In this document: piece after piece, positions 54,847 to 64,000 of the stretch
How positions within the stretch are numbered: the first letter of the stretch is position 1
Layout of the letters: the number at the start of each line of letters is the position of its first letter
Assembly (NCBI GenBank): GCA_012295275.1
Contig: CM022676.1
Location: 13,516,001 to 13,580,000 of the forward strand
Length of the DNA: 64,000 bases
Reading direction: 5' to 3'
Source of the DNA: Chrysomallon squamiferum
Taxonomy: Eukaryota > Animalia > Mollusca
Position numbers and translations under genes: made by a program
The notes under the pieces: model-generated
Database searches by the model: none
What the model saw: the letters and a program-made list of their open reading frames with translations, nothing else
Told to the model about the DNA's origin: nothing

Positions 54847-57553
54847 ACAAATAAACAAATAAGTAACATTTTATTAAATGCTCAGTGTCACAAAGTAATT
54901 TTATTATTTTTTATTTACAACAGTACCAGTAAACAAGGTGACACTATTAAACATCAGTTCACAGAAAGATAAAATACAAGTCAGAGAAGGTGTTGTCTCT
55001 CTGACATGTCTCACGTCACCTAGCAACCCAGTCTCGTCTGTTTACTGGTACAAGAATAATCAACAGATAAACACAGGAATCACCAACATAGATATCACAT
55101 CAGATGACCTGACTGTAAGAAAGAGTTCTGTGTCACTGACACTGACTGAGTCAGATGATGGACACACTGTTTACTGCAAGGCAGGGATTCCTGGACAAAC
55201 TCTTGTAACATCCAACACTGGAATACTTGATGTGTCGTGTAAGACATTTAACATTAGAAATTTCAAAAATGTTTAAATAACTAAATAATTTCTAAATTAT
55301 CTTAATACTTTTGTTTGTATAAAAATTATGAAATTTAACTGTTAATACATATTTACCATGGTGATCAATTTATTCTTATTCAACTCGTCTTTAAGTACGT
55401 TTCTTTACTGCTTCTTTTCCTGATCCAGTTTTCAGAAATATCAGTTACAATTCTAAATATTTCACTATTTGATTAAATTTTACAGATGGTCCATCACAGA
55501 ATGGAGTCAGTGTCAGTTTTACAAATGAACAAATTGCAGTCGAAGGCAAACCTTTGACCTTGACCTGTAGAACACTGACACCTGTTAAACCAGACGTGGA
55601 TTTCGTTTGGAAGTTTAAAGATGGAACATAGATTAATGGAACAAGGGGAGATAAACACGGTTCATCTGGAAACACTTGGTCTCAAACACTAACACTTATA
55701 CCCAGAAGAACACAGAAAGGGAAGACAATCCAGTGTACTGTGAGGAACACACATACACAGACTGAGTCTACAGGATAACAGTTTCTGGATGTGAAATGTA
55801 AGTTTATAAAGCATTAGTCTTAGAGATAATACATATTTATTTTGTAATGATTTAAATTAAAAATAATAAAAATAAAAATAAATAAATAGAAATAATTATT
55901 TAAAACATAAAATAAAAAATCACTTAAATATTTGTGATTTCAGATCCACCGAGTTCATCTCCAGTTGTTTCAGGAACAACGTTTCCTGTGTTTGAGGGTG
56001 ACACTGTCACCCTGAACTGTTCTACAACTGGCGGAAACCCAAAACCAAATCTGAACTGGACATGTTATAATCCGGTACACTGCTCTGACAGGGAAGAAAC
56101 CAGAACATGTACAATATCTTTCATAGCTAACAGGACTCAGAATAACAAAGTGTGTGAGTGTGTTTCTAGTTGGAAGTATGGCGAATACAACGAGAGGAAA
56201 AGCAGAAACGTGACTATTCACTGTAAGTAATTTTGGATTGTTTCTAATTTATACACATATCAACATACTTTAATGGGTGGGTTCAGAATTAGCTTACACA
56301 AATATATACAATGCTTCTGTAATAACATAAAATATCTTTCCGATTCTTATGTTTTATTCATGTTTAACAAATTAGAGAGCCTCTTAAAATCTGTCACAAA
56401 TTGTACAAAAAGCAACATAATTAGTTCACTGATTTATTTAATTTTTATATATATAATTTATGTTAGATAAATATAATTCATTCCCTATTTCCTCTCTTCT
56501 ATCTATACTAGTAATGAAGGATTAATTAAACTTAATATTGCAGATATAACACAGTGACTGGTCATTATCAGACTGTAATACTGTTTAACATTTTGGTAAT
56601 TCTTTTGTAAGATCAACCAGTTGGGTTAAATTTACAGGTCTGTTTCTCATGAGTGGGAAATGAATTAAATGCCAAATTTCTTTTTTTCTCAATAGTTTAG
56701 AAAACACCACAGTTTCAATGAAGAATGTTTAGACCCTGGTTTCTCTGCAGCCCATGTGTCATTGATCAAATTGTTACATTTTTATAACACTGAGCTTGAA
56801 TTTGTGAATTAAACTTTTAAAATGTTGATAGGTTAAAAACAATAAATTCTTTGAAATAATTGTAATAACGACTTCCTTTTTTGTGGTAATAAATACATTT
56901 GTATTATAGTAATAAATACATTTTTATTCCATTCACACCTTGAAAGAAAATAATGATAATAATTTTAAAAACTTACAGATAGCAATAATATGTGTAAATT
57001 TACTGCTTATTTATCTGAATAAAATACACATTTACCTCAATTAAAAAGGGAATGTCTTAATAGATCCTCCAAACAGACCAACACTTTCATCAGTTCCTAA
57101 ACAACCATGGCTAGAAAACAGAGGAGGTTCTTTGATTTGTTCTTTATCTGATGGTGGTAAAGGAAATCCAGCAGCTCAGTTTTACTGGATTAGAAATGGA
57201 ACAAGCATTCAAGACACAGGATTTAACTTGTCACTGACACCTGCAAAGGAAGACAATGGAGTCTGGTACAAATGTACAGCTGGAAATGAATTCACAGACA
57301 GAAACGGACAACAGAGACCTGAATCTAATAAGATACAACTAAACATTTACTGTAAGATGTTTCATTTTAATTCCAGAAATATAACATTTTGTCTTTTCAG
57401 ACTGCTATGTTTCCTACAGAATTAATAGAATAAAAAATGATTAGTTTGTTAAAAAGTAAGATCTAAATGATACCAGTAACTTTCTAATCTGTTTTTAAAA
57501 GTTACGACAGGAAAACACGTATAGGAAATAAACAGAAATTTAATGTTTAAATA

Positions 57554-57592
<39 letters not shown>

Positions 57593-58628
57593 AAAGATCT
57601 TGTCTCTTTCTCATAAAAGCAGATTTGTTCCTTGTTAATTATTTCAGTGTGTTAATTCTATTATTTCAATGTGCTAATATTTTAGATTATCCCAGAATTA
57701 AAGTCACATTTTCAAAGTCAGGAATTCATAAAGAAGGTGATAACCTGACCTTGATCTGTACATCAGACAGCAATCCTAGTCCAGCTGAACTGAAGTGGAC
57801 ATTTGGTGGACAAGAGCTGGTTAATACTGGAAGGTTAATTTTAACAAACTTGAACAGAACAAATCATGGTAATTACACATGTGAAGCAAACATCACCACT
57901 AACGAATACGGAAACCTTGTAAAGTCACATGACGCTGAAGCTGTTGTCAACTGTAAGTATCAGTTTGTTTTGTGTCTAAACTTTTAACTGTTTATTAAAA
58001 CAAATTAACAATATTTACTTATCATTAGTGTAAAACAATAAATTTTAACAACTTTTCTTAACAGATGCTCCAGACATCACTTTTGATTCGGTGAATACAA
58101 CAGAAAACATAACAGCAAATATTACGTGTTTTGCTGATGGTCGTCCTGACAAAATGAAATTTTCAAATTTTAAACATTACTGGAATGGAGTATTTATAGA
58201 GGATGTTAGTGGAGTTGTTGTTGGAAACAGTCAGTACAGACTGATGTTTAAATCTGCTACATATGAAGATGGAGGAACGTACACTTGTAGTGTACAGAAC
58301 GGAATTAGAGACAGATCTGGAAAACTGAGTCAAACCAAATCTGCTGATATTTGTGTAAAAGGTTTAGTATAGTTCTATTAGCTGTAATTTCATTTTTTTT
58401 TCTCAGTTAAATGAATGGTTGACTGTATTATAGATTTCTAAAGCTTGCATTGATATTTTCCATATTATTTTTTATTTCTGTTGTGTACTCCATTTGCAAA
58501 TTAAATATTTTACAATCAGAAATAAATAATTAAATAATAACTAAATTAAAAAATTGAGTTCTAAAACAAAAATTATTTCTGATCTCTTTTATTAACTCTA
58601 ATAATCAAAATGTACATAATTATTCTAA

Positions 58629-58667
<39 letters not shown>

Positions 58668-59399
58668 GTATAGCAACACCAACAATTGCTATGGAGACCA
58701 AGGCAGACAGTATCCTGGGAGCTGAGATCGGAAAACCTGTCAGACTAATCAAATCTGTGTTTTCCAAGCCAAACTTCACAACATTTACTTGGAGTAACTT
58801 TGATAAACAAACACATTATAATAACACAGACGTAGTACAGGAAAATGTTACACTACAAATACACAGTAAAACAGTGACAGATTCTGGTTACACGTTTTCT
58901 CTCAGTATCAGTAATTTTACTCAAGATGACATTGGAACATACAAACTGACTGTCTGTAATGAAGTTGGATGTTCTCAGTTTTCTGTGAACTTAACTGGAG
59001 CAGGTCCACCTCTTCCTCCTAAAGAGTTCCAACAAGAAAGAGAATCAACATCAGACACAGTGTTCTTGTCCTGGCTACCTAACTACCCAGGTGGTAATTT
59101 CAAACAAAGATTTATACTGCAGTACAAAGCACAAAGTGACTCTAACTGGATTACTTGGACAAGTAAATGGTTTGATGACTCAACACAAGGACAGAAAGTG
59201 TTTTATAACATCACCAGTCTCAAAGACAAAACAGTTTATGATGTGAGAATTTCAGCTGAAAACACAAGAACTTCAGATAACAGAAGTGATTATGTCACCA
59301 TTCAAATAATTACAAAAGGTTAACTAGCATCTTCTATTTCCTTTCACTTTATTGATTTCTTTTTCTTTTATTTCTTTTTTATTTTATTATTATTTTTGT

Positions 59400-59448
<49 letters not shown>

Positions 59449-62400
59449 TTTATTAATTTATTAATTTAATTTCTTTTTCTTTTTTGTAAATTTTTCATAG
59501 CATTCAAAAGAAGGAAAAAAAAGTAAAATGCATGAAAATGTTTGAAGTTATATAACTATAAACGTATATGAAGTATATAACTATATAAACATTAATAAAA
59601 GATAAAAAAATAATTATTATGAAAATAGGAAATAAATAACTTTCATGTTTTTATATAGTTCAGAATAAGGAGTGGAAAGCTGACTACTTTATATTTGGTA
59701 TTCTAATGCTAACTGAATTTGTATATTTTATGATAGATTCTTTTGTTAGAAATTATTTTTTTTTTTAAATTAAGAGATATTTCATACTTATTTTTTTTCC
59801 CTTCTCAAGAGGTGAAGAAGCATTAAAAGTTTCATATTTTTTTGTCATAGTTTTATAATAAGCATCCTTTTTATTATATCTGTTTTTATTTACTACACAT
59901 TTAAAAGAACAAAATGTTATTATGTATGTTATTTATCTCTTACAGCTTCAGAAGAACAGAGTGGTTCTAGTTCTCTGATTGGTGCAGCTGTAGGAGGAGC
60001 TGTTGGTTCTGCGACTGTCATTGTTGTCATAGTGATGCTGATTGTGTTACTTAGAAGAGGAATATTACCTGGATTGTCCACAAAAAAAAGTAATTTTTCA
60101 GCTTGTATGAAATGTATTTATTGAAAAAAGGAAAATTTTAAAAAGTATAAATATTTATTATATTTGTTGTCAGTGAACTTGAATAATCAAGGAAGCTAAA
60201 AGATAAACAAAGGGATGACTGAAGTTTATTGTGAATTTCTTTTATTAATTTGAAATCATTGACCTGTGACTAGCCTTTTGTTATCATATGGCTTATATTA
60301 TGCATCATAGTAATACAGCTTATGTAGTTGCATATGATTAATTCTTACAAATAGTTCATGCCATTCACATTTAAGTATGTTAAGAAAAATAATGTTTCAG
60401 AATACTTAAGTCAGCTTACTCCCAACTGGTAGAATTCCCATTAAGTCGAAAGGCTAAATGTTGTTCAGTGGTTTTACTGACATGCTTGGTTTTACCTCAG
60501 TCATTATAATGAACTGTTTCAGATTATTTGTAAAGCAATTATTATTATATAAATACAGTAATATCTCGTTTAACAACCTTTTTTCTTAACAAATTATATA
60601 AATAGAAATTTAATAGTTAATTGCTCGAAATAAATGATACAAATGGATACAATGCATGGTTTTAAGTCCATTTTTGTTCGTTTTTCATTCATTCACGAGC
60701 TTCTGATCAACACAGCTGACATGTCATACATGTATCTGATATTCTGATTCTCTTTTGTCTTCTGCTTCGATTTAGACCTAAACTCAAAACGAATAACAGT
60801 ATACTGGCAAATGCTGATGATAAAAAGAAACGGAAGACAATAACTTTAGAAACAAAACACATTATCTTAAATGAAACCAAAACCCACAAAGATGGACCAC
60901 AATGAGCGGCATATAATTATTTCTTAATGTATTTGTATAAATTGATTTGTAAATGATTTACTGTTTACTTAATATCTATAATCTATTAAATCAGTTGTCT
61001 AAACTGCCATTTTATTTCTCCTTATTTCACCTCTTTTTTTTATGTCAGATTTCATCAGCCAGAAAGTAACCACTGCTTTTAACCTTAATTCTATGTAAAT
61101 TAGTCTCCCGCTTAACAATACCTCACTTAACTATCAGAAATTTGGAACCAATTACATCTTTAATCTTGGCTATTATTGTAGTATGGATATTGCTTATCGC
61201 ATAAAGTATGCAAATATGACAAATATCAAAGTAATCTGTGTATCGAATGTAGTGAATGTAAATAATTAAAAAAGAAGGTATTCATCTAAAAGTATTCCCA
61301 ATGATTTGGTCCTTCGTATAAACTTTTTCAGTCATAGCCAAAGTACTTGCAGTTCATAATATCTTTAGTATACATACTATTAATATACTATGTCACATAT
61401 ATGATATGTGCACAATGTGAATATGTATGTGTGCATAACATAAATATGCTGAATAAAATATGTCTTGAACATGTTTAAGCTGAATATGGTTTAATTCGAA
61501 CAGTTAATGATAAATGTAACATTCATATATTCTATTTACTGAATATAAATGAATTACTCGAATGTAAAATATAATTGTTTTAAATTATATTGCTGAATAA
61601 AATTAGTTATTTATAATATTTTTGTCGTTTTCTTTTACAGAATTAACAAAAAAACATCGTGCCGCTTTTTTCTTTTCTTTTCTGTTTTTATTTTTATTTT
61701 TTAATAGATAGATGAAATTGATGTAAAATTGTTTATTATTGGTCAGTTGTTTTGTAATGGAAAGGAAATGTTTATGAATTAGAAATGACCAGCTTAATTA
61801 ATAATAATTATAATAATAATAATGTTGATGATGATTATAATTATGATGATGATAATGAGGAAGAGGAAGATGATGATGATAATAATGAAAAAGAAAAAAA
61901 TCTACAACAAAAGTGAATGCTTATTCTGGTTTCGGTTGATGTTACATAACTGATTTTGGAACAATGCGCTCCGTCTCTGAATGTTAGAAAGAAACCAGGC
62001 CAAGTTCATTATATACAGAGGTAATCAGGTATTGCGGTAGATAGGTTTTTTCTACGAAATGGGAATTCTACCAGATGGGAAGACACCCTTCTGTCATACT
62101 AAAGTACTGAAAGCAATGTGTTTATAACTGAGCATGTTTTAATTTTTCCTTTGTGTTGACAGCATTATATATTTTTTAATTTTCTATTTCAGTGACGTAT
62201 TTTTTGTATAAAATAATTCATTAGTCATTTCACATAATTCAAAAGCACCTTCCTCACATTTAACCAAATACATTTTATTTGATGTATAATAAAGAAAAAT
62301 AGTTATAAAACAAAAAGTTATTTGGAATAATTTGTGATTGTTTGAATGTTAATATAGAAATTTGTAAGTTTATTAATCTTGAATCACTGTTTAGAGAAAT

Positions 62401-62533
62401 CCCTTTTTTTTTTTTTTATTTTTTTTATTTTTAATTTATTTATTTATTTATGTTTTTTAGGAAAAAATATTATTGCTTATATTTTTATTTCTACTAATTT
62501 TTACATTTCAGCCAAGGGTGCTGAAAATGTTTT
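49286..62533 (+). CDS. Gene D: type I membrane IgSF protein, signal + 9 Ig (one disabled) + FN3 + TM; tail unresolved
   Basis: Exons 49286-49346, 52161-52478, 53564-53715, 54439-54622, 54924-55238, [55486-55797 with stops], 55944-56222, 57064-57351, 57686-57952, 58065-58361, 58674-59318, 59946-60089, probably 62512-62533. Phases are consistent. Functional only if the stop-containing exon is skipped; otherwise a recent pseudogene or truncated allele. Confidence 0.75.
49450..50340 (-). mobile_element. Decayed DNA transposon fragment (family unresolved)
   Basis: MHLHRPCKLFHWPNEDICWI..CVIDTP near 49940-50055 resembles the C-terminus of invertebrate transposon-derived ORFs; end-like 'gggtcattcagtgtcaaatcaacc' at ~49452. 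Confidence 0.4.
51200..51960. mobile_element. Highly decayed LINE remnants
   Basis: LYKSL.. and WNSI..VAA peptides resemble the 3' region of LINE ORF2; weak. Confidence 0.3.
52161..52478 (+). CDS. Gene D Ig exon 1 (V-like, no canonical disulfide)
   Basis: 318 nt phase 1-1; VGQSLTLTYTS..LYFKRN..VTLKISSFSETEHAGNWTVQ. Confidence 0.85.
53564..53715 (+). CDS. Gene D Ig domain 2, first half
   Basis: 152 nt phase 1 to 0; DACSVQ..LSITTGCAYPAVNISW. Confidence 0.8.
54439..54622 (+). CDS. Gene D Ig domain 2, second half
   Basis: 184 nt phase 0 to 1; NGCTSPQVKTVARLT..LIHPSF..FICTAHFP. Confidence 0.8.
54924..55238 (+). CDS. Gene D Ig exon 3
   Basis: 315 nt; VSLTCLTSPSNPVSSVYWYKN..SDDGHTVYCKA. Confidence 0.9.
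55486..55797 (+). pseudogene. Gene D Ig exon 4, disabled by two in-frame stops
   Basis: 312 nt, intact tacag/gtaagt sites; GPSQ..LTLTC..FVWKFKDGT*INGT..IQCTVRN..STG*QFLDVK (TAG 55629-55631, TAA 55776-55778). Confidence 0.85.
55944..56222 (+). CDS. Gene D Ig exon 5
   Basis: 279 nt; near-identical to gene B exon 3. Confidence 0.9.
57064..57351 (+). CDS. Gene D Ig exon 6
   Basis: 288 nt; paralog of gene B exon 4. Confidence 0.9.
57686..57952 (+). CDS. Gene D Ig exon 7
   Basis: 267 nt; EGDNLTLICTSDSNP..LKW..NHGNYTCEA. Confidence 0.9.
58065..58361 (+). CDS. Gene D Ig exon 8
   Basis: 297 nt; ANITCFADGRP..YEDGGTYTCSVQNG. Confidence 0.9.
58674..59318 (+). CDS. Gene D membrane-proximal Ig + FN3 exon
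   Basis: 645 nt phase 1-1; DDIGTYKLTVCNEVG then GPPLPP..VFLSW..GGNFKQRFILQY..LKDKTVYDVRISAEN. Confidence 0.92.
59946..60089 (+). CDS. Gene D transmembrane exon
   Basis: 144 nt phase 1-1; SLIGAAVGGAVGSATVIVVIVMLIVLLRRG (GxxxG motifs, basic stop-transfer). Confidence 0.88.
62512..62533 (+). CDS. Probable gene D cytoplasmic micro-exon (TKGAENV-)
   Basis: ctaat branch-like site + tttcag acceptor, gtgagt donor, phase 1 to 2, open frame. Confidence 0.55.
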
Positions 62534-63949
62534 GTGAGTATTTTCATTATTATTATTATTATTATTAGTAGTAGTAGTAGTAGTAGTAGTAGTAATAGTA
62601 AAAGGAGATGAGTAAAAATGAAAAGGGAAAAAATAATCCTAATCTGTTGTTAATTCCCTTGTTATTTTGTACTATTGCATTCTGTAGATGACTATAATAG
62701 ACAGTTTTAATGTTTGTATTTCAATAGTGATTATTTATATGCCACTCTAAATTATTTTTTCCTTGTGAGAAACATAGTTAGTTAAATTTTCTTATTTATT
62801 TATGCAGCTCACATTGGAACAGTCTTTTATTCAGGTATACCAAAACTTTTTAGTTTTGATTATCATATTTATTAAATATGCTTGGGTCACTTACAAGGAA
62901 ACATTTACATGCAGATAATGTGACAAAAACAGATAGCCTGAATTCTGCCTAACTATCCATTTAAAACCCCAACAAATTCCAGATCTGAAACAAAATATTG
63001 AACTTGAAAAATGAGAAATGATATTCACAAATTAAAACTGACATACTTTTAATTTGAAACATTCTGATAATTTAAAATTAAATCCTATATTCTGTACAAT
63101 ACGTTGAGTTGTTACATGAACAAAGAAAATACATAAACTTTGTAGTTTTTACAGAACAAAATTATTTTCTTCTAAAGTAACAAATAAGATGTAATAAAAA
63201 TAACACAAATATTCTATTAATTTTCCAGTACATTTCCAAACCTTAGATGTTCAAATGTTCAAGCCTGCTTTTGTGCCCACCTCTTTAAGAGAATATTCAA
63301 TCATTTTCATCACAGCACGTTTTGTTATGGTTTAACTGTGTCAGCTGTTTTATTTTTGTAATGTTTAGTAAAGTATGTTATTTTCTTAATTTTTAATGAA
63401 AGGCATGGTTTCAACATTTTTGGTTTCTGTTTGTGAATTATTAATGGAGATTATTAAACATTTTTTATTTATTGTTTTATATTTTAATTTCGTTTGTTTC
63501 TCTTTTTATTTCATTTGGATACTAATCCAGTATCATGCATTCTTAATATTTTATGTGCTGTGTAAGACAGATTCAGATAAAACATATGTATGTATGTATG
63601 GAGAGACATAAAGAGAGAAACACACACACATACATAATCACATGTGTGTGTGAATGTGTGTGTGTGTGTGTGTGTGTGTTTGGACAGAAATATTGGACAT
63701 GTACTGGTACTAATACAAAATCCATAATTATTGTTAAAGTGATCCAGGATTATTTTCTAATGGATTTCACAAAATTAGAATAAGTTTAGTGAATGAAGAC
63801 TGATGTGTGTATGAAAGAATAATGGAAATGGAATCTATTTAAATAAATTTATGCAGTTGCATCTTTTACTTCCTGTGATATGCAAATGCATGATTAGTAC
63901 TGAATGGGATATATATTTGCATGCTTTCATATTGTGAAGACATTAAATT

Positions 63950-63985
<36 letters not shown>

Positions 63986-64000
63986 CATACATACATATAT

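Noticed and set aside
55970-56221. Antisense ORFs over Ig exons (also 1220, 4980, 55445)
   Set aside because: Shadows of the real coding strand
61029-63400. Further gene D cytoplasmic exons (candidates near 61029, 61641, 62808, 63229)
   Set aside because: Weak splice sites and no distinguishing motifs; the tail probably continues beyond the window

Overview
AT-rich, microsatellite-rich, intron-containing animal DNA. An invertebrate, plausibly lophotrochozoan/mollusc, origin is inferred from style only. The window holds four immunoglobulin-superfamily (IgSF) cell-surface genes, built almost entirely from symmetric phase-1 one-domain exons that I reconstructed by hand from GT-AG sites and reading frame. 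Gene A (minus, at least 7 Ig exons) runs off the left edge. Gene B (minus) is signal + 5 Ig + FN3 + a TM helix containing Glu + a Tyr-rich tail with canonical ITAM spacing (YECL-x7-YEKL). Gene C (minus) is signal + 2 Ig + a GPI-type hydrophobic C-terminus. Gene D (plus, divergent from C) is signal + 9 Ig + FN3 + TM; its first two Ig domains lack the canonical disulfide and one skippable exon carries two stop codons. Genes B and D share two closely related Ig exons inside otherwise divergent genes. Five homologous promoter + 55-nt signal-peptide exon cassettes, plus a second leader type, are stacked upstream of genes A and B. Introns and spacers hold decayed hAT, MULE, Tc1, Gypsy and LINE fragments, two inverted repeats and many microsatellites. 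Overall it resembles a fast-evolving, modular immune- or allorecognition-type receptor cluster. That functional reading is inference and was not checked against any database.
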